A stretch of DNA of 64,000 nt from Octopus vulgaris (taxonomy: Eukaryota), in NCBI GenBank assembly GCA_951406725.2, contig OX597817.1, positions 84,196,001-84,260,000 on the forward strand. The letters are read 5' to 3'. The notes beneath the pieces were generated by a model. The model saw only the letters and a list, made by a program, of their open reading frames with translations. It was not told the DNA's origin and ran no database searches. This document shows positions 1 through 13,804 of the stretch, piece after piece. A program made the translations under genes and the position numbers. Each line of letters starts with the position of its first letter. Position 1 is the stretch's first letter.

Positions 1-291
1 GACTAGTTGTCCATCTGATTCAGATATTGAAATATAAAACATGTCTTCTATACGTTGATGTTTATCTAGATCGAGTTGTTTCTAATGAGAACAAAACTAA
101 AATGAATAAAGGAAATAAAAGAAAGCAAAATTGCTGTAAAGAATTCTTGCTTCGTCACAAGACAGGATATTATTTAAAGCACAAAATAGAAAAGAAAATC
201 TATTGTATTTTGCCCTATATTTTACTGGAATCTGTGTATTGTGTAAGGACATGTTTTAGCGATTTTCAATAAAATCGTATAACTGAGGTAT

Positions 292-341
<50 letters not shown>

Positions 342-728
342 TCTTGCTTATATTGATAGTTAGCGAGCAAGAATCGTAGCATGTTATACATTTTCTTAAT
401 AAATGACGTCCGTTTAACTGTGAGTTCGATCCCCATCAACAGCAGTGATCCGTTTTATCACATTTCAGAATCCATAAATTAAGTACCCTGCTGAGTACAA
501 ATTAAGTATTAATTGAATCAGATGCTCTGTTTCATCCCTTCCTCACACCCTTCTTTCAAATATCTGCATCCTTATAGTATTGTATATCTGCATATCATGA
601 AGGGCCATTTACATTAGTTTCCACTCTTGCTTTTAGTAATACCAGTGAAATACTGCGGTCCATTCCATCGACTGTATGATCTCCCTATAACTTATAAACC
701 TGTTGTCCTAATCTGCGAACATGGAAAT

Positions 729-806
<78 letters not shown>

Positions 807-809
<3 letters not shown>

Positions 810-1210
810 AGTGGCTGTGTGTTAAGTAGCTTGTTTACCAACCGCATGGTTCCGGGTTCAGTCCCACTGCGTGGCACCATGGGCAAGTGTCTTCTACTAT
901 AGCCTCGGGCCGACCAAAGCCTTGTGAGTGGATTTGGTAGACGGAAACTGAAAGAAGCCTGTCGTATATATGTATATATATGTATATGTATGTGTGTGTT
1001 TGTGTGTCTGTGTTTGTCCCCCTAGCATTGCTTGACAACCGATCCTGGTGTGTTTACGTCCCCGTTACTTAGCGGTTCGGCAAAAGAGACCGATAGAATA
1101 AGTACTGGGCTTACAAAGAATAAGTCCCGGGGTCGATTTGCTCGACTAAAGGCGGTGCTCCAGCATGGCCGCAGTCAAATGACTGAAACAAATAAAAGAG
1201 TAAAGAGTAA
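807..1210 (+). mobile_element. tRNA-derived bipartite SINE (CORE-like head, internal TA/TG tract, Nin-like 3' half), full-length copy
   Basis: A-box-like GTGGCTGTGTGTTAAG, B-box-like GGTTCAGTCCC, CORE-like TGGGCAAGTGTCTTCTACTATAGCCTCGG, 3' half CCGATAGAATAAGTACT...GGGGTCGAT, A-rich tail. About 15 related copies or halves in the window. Confidence 0.85.
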
Positions 1211-2070
1211 TGTATATATATATATATATATATAATATAAATTAGAGAAAGAGACAAAGCAATTGAATATGCGTATGTGTGTATGTGTATATATCTATAT
1301 ATATATTTATATATATATGTATATATATATGCCTATGCATGCATTTACGCGTGTATATATATATGTGTGTGTTTGTTTGTATATATATATATATACATGC
1401 ATATATATGCATGTTCATATGTGATACATCTAAATACATTCTGCATATATATATATATATATATATACATACACACACATATACATATATACGTACAGAC
1501 AAATACAGACGCATACGCACGCATGTATGTGTGTGTGTGTCATATACATACACACGCCTCACTCCCACCCACCCCCAGACACACACATATTCGTGCACAT
1601 ATTCCGACAGGTAAAAACAGCATCCAGTTGCTTTGTTTTGCAAAAAAAAAATGAAAAAAGAAAAAAAAGCGGAAAGCAAAATGCACCTTGTTGTATAAGT
1701 AAAATCTCTGTAATTAATATATTATTTCGAGAAGAGTATTGCAACTGTTTAGACAACGTCCTTTTTCGAGAAAGAGAGTTGGTTCGTTATTTCTGAGTAG
1801 AAAACAGGACGATTAGGAAGAGAGAAAGAGCAACATGTTATTAAAGGTAATTGGAGTTGGGAAGAATTTACGTAAGAAGAATGAGGATGAGACAAAATCT
1901 ATATGGAAGTGGGATGGTAAAGTAGAATGGAATATTCAGTAAGTAATCGACCGGAGGATTCATCTATCTATAAGCAAGATGAGCCATCAAGCTGGGGAGA
2001 TTTACCAAGAAAAGTTTCCTCTGGTAATGATGTACCAAGATATTTCAAATAATTTACTGTATATACATAT

Positions 2071-2105
<35 letters not shown>

Positions 2106-2154
2106 TGCGTGCGTGTGTGTGTGCGCGCGCGAGTGTATGTAGAAAGATAGCTAA

Positions 2155-2209
<55 letters not shown>

Positions 2210-2307
2210 TGTATATATATATACAAAAACTTTATTTATATTGGTACGTCGTTGTAAAGATAGGTTTTATTTTTTATATTTCATCCCCTTGTTCAAACAC
2301 AATATGA

Positions 2308-2351
<44 letters not shown>

Positions 2352-2531
2352 AGAAACACGTTTTATATACATACATACATACATACGTACATATATATAT
2401 ATATATATATATATTGGCCTGCTCGCTTAGCCAGCGGGGTGGCGTCATTGAAGCCTAAAACAATGCGAAGCGCATTGTGACCAGCGATATGTAGCAACAT
2501 CTGATAGTCTGGTCGGTCACGTGATCACGTG

Positions 2532-2580
<49 letters not shown>

Positions 2581-2649
2581 ACGTGTCCGTAAATCAGAAA
2601 AGTACATCAGGCATAGCAAAGTGTGTGTGTGTGTGTATTTGTATGTGTG

Positions 2650-2682
<33 letters not shown>

Positions 2683-3427
2683 TAAGTATTGTACTGGCTT
2701 TATCAGGGTAGTAAATTATTTCCTTTGTATTTAATTAATTAAAATGAATTACATTTTATCCTCCATAAATGAATTAAAGGCGGTTAAATTTGTATTCTAC
2801 TTCACAAATATGTAAACTTAAAAACATGATATGAAATATATAGAGTATATACAGTGTGATCCCTTATCACCTGGGCCATCTCAACTACCCTTAAATAAAT
2901 CCAGTAGCTGCATAAATATACTGGTATACATAGAAGGAAAGATATATGTATACATACATGTATGAATACATGTTCTATTTTTTTTACTTTTGCAGTCATT
3001 AGACTGTAGTTATGCTGAAGGGTTTAGTCAAACAAATAGCCCCCCAGTAATTACATTTTAAAGCCTCATGCTTATTCCATCGGTCCTTTTTTGGCGAACT
3101 GCTAATTTACGAGAGCGTAATCAAACCAACATCCTTATCGGTGGTGGTGGTGGTGGTGGTGGTGCTGCTGCTGCTGCTGATGATGATGATGGTGCTGCTG
3201 CTGGTGCTGCTGCTGGTGGTGGTAAACTAACACACGCGCATATATTTCCCTGTCAGTATATAGACTTGTGTTACGTTTGTGGTTATAAGGGTCTTGACTC
3301 TTGATTCTAGCAATACAGGTGCTATTAGACACCCCCAGTCTCTATTAGTGATAACTGAATTTTCCCTTTTTGGTTTTACATTGTATCTAACCATCTCTAT
3401 TATTTTATACACACACACACCTGCACA

Positions 3428-3487
<60 letters not shown>

Positions 3488-3499
3488 TATACATATATA

Positions 3500-4830
3500 C
3501 AGGGTGGTCCAAAAGTAGGTGGGCAGTAAGTGGAATAGGTTTGTGTATCGGTTATAACTATGGCATTTGTGCAATATTATTTTAAATTTTAAATTTACTA
3601 AACATTATTTTCTTTTCAGGTAATTCAGAGAACCCTTAATGGCAAATAATTTAAATACTAATGAAAGGAAATGGATGTTGAAAGAGTATTGGAAATCTCA
3701 AAGTTCTGAAATCTTCAGATCAAAATGGGTTGAAACATCTGGTATTCAAGCCCCAAGGAAACAAACCATTTACGGCATTCGTGACAAATTCGATGCCACA
3801 GGCTCAATTTTTAATGCTCCAAAAACTAGTCGACCCAAAACAGTGTGCACAAAGGATCATAAGCAACTTGTCGCCGAAGTATTTGTTCACAGTCCAAAAA
3901 AAGTCCACCAGGAGAGCCTCTTTGGAATTAAGCATTTCACGATCCTCTATTATTCGAATCCTGAAATCTATTTGGTTGAAAGCTTATCGTCTGCGGCTAA
4001 TTCATGGTTTATTACGGAATGACCCAGATAGACGGCTGCAATTTAGTGAGATAATGCTGAATGATATTAAAGAAAATCCAATAATTTTAGGTAACTGTGT
4101 GGACCGATGAAGCTTCTTTCAAACTATCCGTTCATATTAACAGACATAATTTACTGGCATTGTGAGAACATGCATTTAACATTTGAGCAACAAATAAATC
4201 AGCCTGGTGTCACTGTTTGGGGTGGTATTTCAAGTTCTGGTGGTTTAGGACAAATATTTTTTGATGGAACAGTCACAGGTGATAAGTATCTCTATATTCT
4301 TATGAATCAAGTTATTCCACAGTTAAAACAACAGCTTAATTCACATGACCTTTATTTCCAAGAAGATGGGGCCCCTCCACATTATTCAAGAGCAGTCGTG
4401 AATACCTTGATGAAACATTTCCTGAGAAATGGATTGGCCGAAGAGGCTCAATTGATTGACCAGTACGTTCATCTGACTTGACCCCAATGGATTTCTTCTT
4501 TCGGGGAGTAGTAAACGACAAAGTTTTTAGTTGAAAACCAAGAAGCATTAATGATTTGAAAAATTACATAAGAAATGCATTTCAAGAAATTAATACACAA
4601 AGAGACTTGTGCAAAAATGTTTGTCGAAGCGTGGGGAGTAGACTTCAAAGCTGTGTAAATTGTGATGGACGACAGTTTGAGAAGCTGCGTTGATAAAATT
4701 TAAGCGCTTTTGTATTATTGTACACAGTACAATTCAATTGTCAATGTAATAATTGTATTAGTAGATATAATTGTATATGTAATCTCAAAATAGATGTTAT
4801 CATTTACTGTCCACCTACATTTGGACCACC

Positions 4831-4833
<3 letters not shown>
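3500..4833 (+). mobile_element. Tc1/mariner-superfamily DNA transposon, DD41D (rosa/VS-like) type, complete ends, frameshifted transposase
   Basis: 30-bp TIRs CAGGGTGGTCCAAAAGTAGGTGGGCAGTAA (3500-3529) and reverse complement at 4804-4833 (2 mismatches), TA on both sides. ORF fragments 3639-4693 give GVTVWGGISS, FQEDGAPPH and, after frame correction, WIGRRGSID*PVRSSDLTPMDFF with 41 residues between the 2nd and 3rd Asp. Confidence 0.9.
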
Positions 4834-4902
<69 letters not shown>

Positions 4903-4979
4903 CAGAGAGAGAGAGAGAGAGAGAAATATACATACATACATACACACATACACACACACACACAAACACACACACACAA

Positions 4980-5011
<32 letters not shown>

Positions 5012-5046
5012 ATATATATATGTGTGTTTGTGTGTGTGTGTGTGCG

Positions 5047-5145
<99 letters not shown>

Positions 5146-5894
5146 CAGGCTTTTTCTTTCAGTTTCTGTCTGCCAAATCCATTCACAAGACGTTTGTCGG
5201 TCCGTGAATTTAATGAAGGATATTCAAACTGCTATACAGTGGAACTGAACCTGCAACCATGTGGTTGAGAAGCAACCTCTGCCAACAATATATCTAAGAT
5301 AGGTATATACATTTATACAGACATACATGTTTTCACTCACCCATGCTTATGATATCACACATACAAGCAGACGCGTTGGCACTCACACAAGCAGAGTACA
5401 AAATATAGCTTATGCGACTAAGCTTGCTGATTAGGTGAACTAAGTTCATATTAGAATTCAATCAATAAAAGTTTTAAAGTAGTGCGTTGTATCCGATTTA
5501 CATATGCAATATCTGGATTCGACTTTTATTAAGACCAACATAGCATTTCAATTTTCAGGGTTCTGTCAGATTAGTACCAGTAATGCATAACGTTGAAGGG
5601 ATCATAATATAATTCACTTTAGCGTACATATATAATATAATTCTTGTTATAGTGTTTGTGGCTACTCTTACATTAAAATACACGAGATTAATATGTAATT
5701 TTCTTATAACAAAAATACAAGAGGAGCTAAAATCCAGACTAAAAGCAGTAAGAGAACAGAAATATTCCGGGTACAAGTCAATGTATGTGAAAACTGTACA
5801 CAAATACACACACATACATAATATATATACACATATATATGCATATATATATATATATATATACACATACAGGTATATATACACATATGTATAT

Positions 5895-5945
<51 letters not shown>

Positions 5946-6431
5946 AACACACACACACACACACACGCACACATATATTGATAATCGGTGGTGGTTTGTT
6001 CATGTCCTCGTACATTAGCTGCTCAGCAATAAGAGACCGATAAAATAAGTACCAGGCTGAGAAAAGATTAATGATTATTGGGTCAATTTATTCAACAATA
6101 CCCTTCTAGGTGGTGTCCCAGCACTGGCCGACTCCAATGACGGAAACAAGTAAAAGATAAAAAGCGAAGGATTGTATTATGTTATGTTATATTATACTAT
6201 ATCATATTATATAATACATTTAAAATTTATTTCATATACGTATATGTATTCATTCATAAGTGTGTATGTTGGTGTTTACCTAAATATGAACGCCTACATG
6301 CACTTACTATATATATTTCCACAGGTGTAGGTGTATCGTAAGTAGTTTGATATATACCAAGGGTGTGTGTGTATGTGTGTGTGTGTGTGTGTGTGTGTAA
6401 AGAGAGAGAGAGAAATAGATAGGTAGATAGT

Positions 6432-6585
<154 letters not shown>

Positions 6586-6717
6586 TGTTTCTTTATTAGC
6601 CACACAGGGCTGCACACAGACGGGACAGATTACAAAGTAGAGCTTTTCTTTTTTAGGAGAAAAAAAAGTGGGTAGGATTTCGATCAAAAGGGATCGTAAA
6701 AGAGAAAGAAGAAAAAA
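6586..6717 (-). mobile_element. Very short 5'-truncated copy (3' UTR end) of Tx1-like LINE embedded in (GATA)n
   Basis: Same 3' terminus as the copies at 27725 and 28565 (minus strand ...GTGTGGCTAATAAAGAAACA then (TATC)n). (GATA)n at about 6416-6585 and 6718-6825. Confidence 0.8.
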
Positions 6718-6736
6718 GATAGATAGATAGAAAGAC

Positions 6737-6825
<89 letters not shown>

Positions 6826-7791
6826 TTTCCTCTCTCCTCACCGCTTTACAAATTGTGTTGGTTTGTTTACGTCTACATAACATAGTGCTTCGGCAATAAA
6901 AAAAAATACGGTCGATAGAATAAGTACCAGGCTTTAAAAAAATTATTACTGGGGTTGACTTGTTCGACTAAAACCTTTAAGGAATTGCCCCAGCATGGCT
7001 GCAGCCAATGACAGAAACAAATAAAAGATAAAATATATCGGAATACCAACATCCAAATTATTTATTCTCACACATCAGACCCATATGAAAACAGCCGAAT
7101 AAAAATTAAATTTATTTAATAAAAAACTGAATTTAATTTAACTGCAGTAATAATAATAATGTTTTATGGTTCATATACGATATTGTGTACTTCATTCGTA
7201 ACATTAATGTCATAAGAGAAACTGCTATTAGGTAAGAAACAAAACCACCAACAGTTCTACGGACATAAATTACAAAACATATATGTGCATACATACACAC
7301 ATATGCACACATACAAACATACACACGTACACACACATACATATATACACACATGCGCACATGGACACATGTATAAGACACATGCACATATTAATGTTTG
7401 TTTTTTATATTTAACATCCAGCTGAACAAGGACTCAATAATTAATTGTCAGGTACATATTTAACTTTTACGAGGAAAAATTTGATAGTGACAGCGAGTTT
7501 TTACCTGATGGGATTGAGCTAACTGAAACTTCAAAGAAACAGCCAACCTTTTTCTTGTAAAAGTTAATGTGTGTGTGTGTGTGTGTATGTTTGTGTGTCT
7601 GTGTTGGTGTGTATGTTTGTGTGTCTGTGTCTGTGTGTGAGTGTGTGTATGTAAAACAAGAAATGAAGAAAGAAAGAAGGAAAGGAAGGAAAAAGGAAAG
7701 AAAAGAATTTAAAATCATTACCTTTTGATGAAATCTTCTAATGAACGATTATTTCGCACAAGATTTGCGATGTGGATTTTTTTCATATTTT

Positions 7792-8859
7792 TTAAGAGTC
7801 CTCATTCATTATCGATAGTTGTCTGACGGGATTATAAAAGTAGGAACACATCAATATGGAATTGATGGAATTACGAAAGGCTGTACATGAAAAATAATAT
7901 ATAACAAAGTTGACGGCAGAATTAACTTGGAGAAGGTAATCCGTAATTTCGCGTACTCCGCGAGCAAGATAATTCTCTTCGTAATAACCTAGACCTAACA
8001 CTGTACTAAGAATAGCATCAGGCGTAACACAAATACAGAAAACAGCAACTACATATATTAAAGTCAGTGTAGCTTTATATTTCAAGCGAGCACTTTTCTT
8101 GATTGTACTTGGTCTTTTCAAGCCTTTCCAAATTAAAATGTTAAGTCCAACCAACAATACAAGAGGAATGGCAGACCTTAAGAGTGCATGTGCCCAAGTG
8201 AATATGGTAGCAAATTGTTTCTCGCTCCAAAGTGCTGTGACACTGATACCCGACACTTGAACCGTTCCGTTAACAATTTCTGATTTAGTGCGATAGCGAA
8301 GCATGTAGGGCAATGAAATGAGAGTTCCTAGGATGAATGTGACTGTACTGACTTTGATAGCGCGCCGAACAGTACAAAAACGTTTTACTCTGAACGGTTG
8401 ACATATAAAAATAAATCTTTCGACCGAAACACCAACAGTCAGCCAAGCTGATATACACAAAGACATATTGAACAAGTAATGAGCATAAGGATAGAGACAT
8501 CCATGCAATTTAATCCCTTGCTTTTTGTCAGTTCGAAGGAGAAGGACGACAACGAAGTAAAGAAAATCCGTCACAAGCTTAATTGTATCAGCTACAGCAA
8601 GTGCTTGTAGGTAGATGTTAGTTGACGTCCTCATGGTTTTTAAACTAAAAACAATTAAACATAAAATATTTCCAATTAGACCAAGAGCACACGTGCTCGG
8701 ATAGAGTACCAGTCCGGTTATCATTTGAGTAACATCATAAAAGTTTCTATACATATGGTTCTCATAACTTTCTTCACATGAAGATTGTATTTTCCCGCTC
8801 TCGTTGCAAGAAACCCAGCTTGTGTTAATAAAACTCATATTTATTTCTATAAAAATCAT
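7792..8859 (-). CDS. Class A (rhodopsin-like) GPCR, FMRFamide-receptor-like/orphan peptide receptor group; intronless coding region
   Basis: Uninterrupted ORF with seven hydrophobic segments, N-terminal NxS sites, TM1 GLIGN, TM2 STNIYLQALAVAD, TM3 SAWLTVGVSVERF (DRY variant), TM7 NSAVNFVIY, helix-8 AFR. First in-frame ATGs at 8859 and 8838; the track start at 8892 is TTG. Confidence 0.93.
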   Translation of the reverse strand: MIFIEINMSFINTSWVSCNESGKIQSSCEESYENHMYRNFYDVTQMITGLVLYPSTCALGLIGNILCLIVFSLKTMRTSTNIYLQALAVADTIKLVTDFLYFVVVLLLRTDKKQGIKLHGCLYPYAHYLFNMSLCISAWLTVGVSVERFIFICQPFRVKRFCTVRRAIKVSTVTFILGTLISLPYMLRYRTKSEIVNGTVQVSGISVTALWSEKQFATIFTWAHALLRSAIPLVLLVGLNILIWKGLKRPSTIKKSARLKYKATLTLIYVVAVFCICVTPDAILSTVLGLGYYEENYLARGVREITDYLLQVNSAVNFVIYYFSCTAFRNSINSILMCSYFYNPVRQLSIMNEDS

Positions 8860-8960
8860 TTTTCTAGTACCATGCTTTTTTTTGTTTTTCAATTATCAAA
8901 CTCAGATGGTTTCCAATTTCATCCTGTCAACTTTTAAATAAAGAATCGTACAATTAATAT

Positions 8961-8980
8961 CTAAAAACAAAAAAAAAACG
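8961..8980 (-). promoter_or_regulatory. Probable 3' splice acceptor of a 5' UTR intron of the GPCR
   Basis: Minus strand reads CGTTTTTTTTTTGTTTTTAG|ATATT about 100 nt upstream of the first in-frame ATG. In-frame stops lie between the acceptor and the ATG. Confidence 0.6.
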
Positions 8981-11387
8981 TATACAATTTTTAAAGCGAA
9001 ACTTTTACATTTAATTTTTAACTAATGAATTTATTTGGGGATTGTGGGTCTTCATAATTAACTTTATGCTATTTATTAAAGCTATACTGGGAAGAAATAA
9101 TATATGAGGAATATTAACAATTTGATGTCTGATTGTTTATAATTGATTCAGCGTCCTTAAATATTAATTGTTGTAATTTTAAAATTTTGTGGGAGAAAGA
9201 AAACTACCATTAGATGGATATGAAAGGGGAGTACAAATCTAAAGTCAACGCAGACCCCCTAAATTCCAAAATCATGTTAAAATATGTGAAGAAATATGGA
9301 ATATGGTAAGAAAGGTTTAGTAGTTAACTTCTTTTTTGTTCTGGATCAACTCACTGTTTAGAATTAGCATTGATTGCTAAGTAGAGCCATGTAACCTGAC
9401 AATCATTTTCTAACTTGAGAAATTGGGTTGTTTGAATGCTACCTTAACTTGAAGAATTTAAATGAGATTACTAAAAGACCCTTTGCCCTCCAATTTAGAG
9501 GAAAAGTCGTATTGTTATTTTGATAAAGAGAGGTAACATTAATTAAAATAATCATTTAAAGAAAAACAAAAGTATTTGAATATCATTTGTTTTCATTTAT
9601 ATTTTTAAATCCTCTATATTGCAAAGGTTTCGTTGGTTGTTTTGTTCTCCAAACAGTAACACAGCATGTATTTTGGTGATTTATGGTCGGTAGCTCCAGC
9701 ATTTTGGTTAAAATAACATGAACAAACTTTTTGGAGGCATAACAGCTTTTGGGGTAACATAAGGTCAATTCCATAATAAACCATTGGTAACGATGCTATT
9801 CATTAAAATCCAATCGCTCGGCTTCTTTTCCCGTGAAAATTAAAACAACTTTTTTTTCGCATAATTCAGATAGAATTCGCTGATGGAGTGTATATTTGCA
9901 TATGTCTACGCTGTGTAAGAGACTAGTAGTGAAACTAGTTAGTCTCAACACTGTCATTTCAATGTTAATACACGACGTGGAATCAATTTCAACTAACTAG
10001 TTTTAGAATATATATTAATCGTCATATTACATATATACATATATACATATACACAAGAGAATCTAGCATACTTTCAAAACAAGCAATAGTTACTGTTCCA
10101 TACACATTTCCTTCGCTATTATCAAAGTTATCAAGTTTCCGAGTGAAATACCTTCTCTTTTTTTTTTTCTTTACTTCAGGCGCAAACTTTCAGGCTATGC
10201 GTTAACTCTTTCTCTTTTTACTGTAACATTGAATGAAAGACACAAGTGTATGCAAACATTAATCAGAAAGTTATGTTTTGGAATTCATAATATTTTTTTT
10301 TCCTTGAAATTATCTAACTTTCAAAGCTTTAAAGTTTTCCATTCCGTAAAATGCTGTAAATAAAAAAAGAAAAAAGATTTTAAATTCTTCCTCGTTTCTC
10401 CTTTTGGATGTCGAAATTTTTGGTGAACAATTTCTATACAAGAATTCAAATCAAGGTATTATTAGGAATTCTCGTATTTTTATATATTTCTTGAGTTTGC
10501 CCATCACTTTTTTTAGGTCTGGTTTTGTTTAATTTTCAAGTGAGAGTGGAAAAATTCCTTGATTTCATTCATGACTAAAGTTCTTGTTTGTGTTGTTTGT
10601 ATTATAGTTGTTCTATACTTTGGAGCTATTGATATATAATCTACCTCTGCTACTTTTATATTGACACTTCTTAGCAGTTTCTTCAATATTTCTTGAAAAT
10701 CAGCAACATATTCTTCCTTCCTTCCGCCACCACACTCAACATCAGCAGTATCAACATGTTCATCAGCTTCAGCGATGCTAACACCCCAACCCTCATCACC
10801 ACTGCCACTACCACCAACACTAACAGCAGCAGCAGCTCCAAGACCAGTAGCACCATGATGAGAGAGATCGATTCGTCAGTAGTATGGTTCTTTCCACTAC
10901 TACGACTGTTACAAGTAGTAAAAACAAAAAGCAAAACATTCGTCCTCATTCAACAACTGCAACCGTTCGCAGCATCATAGTTCGTGACGTCATCACAACC
11001 ACACTAAACTCACTCTGCATCATTCACCTTCTTTGACATCTCCTTCACTCTCTCTCTCTCTCTCTCTCCCTTACTCTCTCAATCATTTGGTCGATCTTAT
11101 TTTCGTGCATGTAGAAATGCGCACGCACGTGCAGTCGCTTCGGCACGTGTAATATATGTTAGAATGTAGTTGCGTTAGGCTGTGTTATTGTTTCTGTGTA
11201 TTTCAGAACATCGATGCACTTTAAGCACACACATTCACATACACACTCACACGCACACGCACACGCACATGCACACACACACACATACACACGCACACGC
11301 ACACACACGCACACGCAGACGCGCGCGCGCACATACACACACACTCAGCTTTTTTGCGCACGCACGCACAAGCCGGGTTGTGTGAGC

Positions 11388-11471
<84 letters not shown>

Positions 11472-11530
11472 TTAGGTACTTAGATTGGTAGGAAGGTTTG
11501 TAGAGAAATAAAGATAATTGGATGTGTGCA

Positions 11531-11561
<31 letters not shown>

Positions 11562-11796
11562 GTATGTATATATATATATATGCATGTATATATGTGTATA
11601 TATTTATATATGTATACATACACTCACACATGAATATATACAAATATATATATGTGTGTGTGTGTGTGTATATATGAGTAGGTTTGGCTTTGTGGTAAGA
11701 TGTGGGCTTCTCAACCCCATGGTCCTGGTTACAGTCCCACTCTGTGGCACTTTGGGCAGATGTCTTCAAATAAAGCCCTGCGCTTTATACATTTAT

Positions 11797-11839
<43 letters not shown>

Positions 11840-11891
11840 CATATTTATATATAACAAAAGTTTTTAATAATTTTGTTCTTATATACTTACA

Positions 11892-11997
<106 letters not shown>

Positions 11998-12118
11998 CAA
12001 TAAGATTTCTCATAGTTTCCATTGACAAAATATTTCTCACAAACGGCTTAGTTTGAACCGAACCAAAAGTAGAAGATATTGACCCGTATCACTAAGAAAG
12101 TGTACCGAGCACTTCTCG

Positions 12119-12229
<111 letters not shown>

Positions 12230-12534
12230 TAAATGCAAACACACACGGGTTTATCTTACCGAAACACCGACCAGCTTCGTTTACTTGTTTGTGACGACGA
12301 CAATCATTGCTTTCTCAGTCGACCATCCATATTACCGATGCTTTCAAGGAATACTCTATATACATACACACGGACAGACAGAGAGACAGACAGACACACA
12401 CACACACACACACAGTCACACAGACAGACACGCAGACAGCCAGACACACAAACATGCAGACAGACACACAGGCAGTCAGACACACAAATGATGCAGACAG
12501 ACACACCTCCAGTCACACAGACAGACAGACAGAC

Positions 12535-12601
<67 letters not shown>

Positions 12602-13102
12602 CATGTATGTATGTACGTATGTATATATGTGTATATAAATGTGTGTGCGTGCGTGTGTGTGAGTGTGTGATATGTTTTTCACAAACTTATAGGTGTAGTA
12701 TACAGTGATACTACATTATCAGATGAACATCGTACAAAATGTACGAAAGATATATTTTTGTATCATAACGGGGGGAGTGTTATGAATAAATTCTGATGTG
12801 TTGCGCCTCAGACTTTTGCAGTCAGACCAATAACTCCGAGAAAATTATCAGTAGCTGATAACTTCTTGCTGTATACATGTTTATTTATGTATGTGTGTGT
12901 CTGTGTTTTTCCCCCAACCATCGCTTGACAATAGATGTTGGTGTGGTTACGTACCGTAACTTAGCAGTTCGGCAATATAGAACGATGGAATACGTACTAG
13001 GATTACAAAGAATTAGTCCTGGGGTCGATTTCTTCGGTGCTCTAGCATGGCAGCAGTCAAATGACTGAAACAAGTAAAAGAATAAAAGAATATATATATA
13101 TA

Positions 13103-13223
<121 letters not shown>

Positions 13224-13303
13224 TACATACATATGTATATATTCTATATATACATATATAGTACATAAAAATATATACATACATACACACACATATATAT
13301 ATG

Positions 13304-13368
<65 letters not shown>

Positions 13369-13602
13369 AGGTATGTATGTATCAATATGCATACATTCTT
13401 TCATTCTTTTACTTGCTTCAGTCATTTGATAGCGCTGGAGCACTACCTTAAAGGGCTTTAGTCGAAGAAATCGACCCCGGGTCTTATTCTTTGTAATCCT
13501 AGTACTTATCCTATCTGATTCTTTCGCCGAACCGCTACGTTACGGTGACATAAAGGTGAAACAAGGTGAAAAAATAGTACTCGGATACCAGAGGTAGAGT
13601 AG

Positions 13603-13754
13603 TATGCTTTATTAAGGAGTAGCAAAAATATCACCAAAACTGTTACTCAGAGTTTCAAGTTCTCGTTCGTCGGATGGGAACTGTCCGACAAACGGGAACG
13701 GGAAACTCTGAATAACAGTTTTTTTTTGTTATATTTTTGCCGCTTTTCAATAAA

Positions 13755-13759
<5 letters not shown>
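13603..13759. mobile_element. Head-to-head inverted pair of short PLE terminal repeats with variant hammerhead cores
   Basis: Arms 13603-13674 and 13684-13759 are imperfect reverse complements. Consensus of the two arms reads CUGU CCGACGA ACG GGAA CGU GAAA CUCUGAG UA ACAG (hammerhead layout with CUGA>CCGA). Confidence 0.6.

Positions 13760-13804
<45 letters not shown>

Noticed and set aside
3135-3222. Poly-Gly/Ala/Asp or poly-His/Gln tract
   Set aside because: A compound (GGT)(GCT)(GAT) microsatellite next to a degenerate SINE half, with no flanking coding signal.
10683-10980. Ser/Thr-rich and Leu/Val-rich ORFs upstream of the GPCR as a possible extra coding exon
   Set aside because: Degenerate CAN triplet repeats. 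In-frame stops just upstream of the GPCR ATG argue against an upstream coding exon joining at the visible acceptor.
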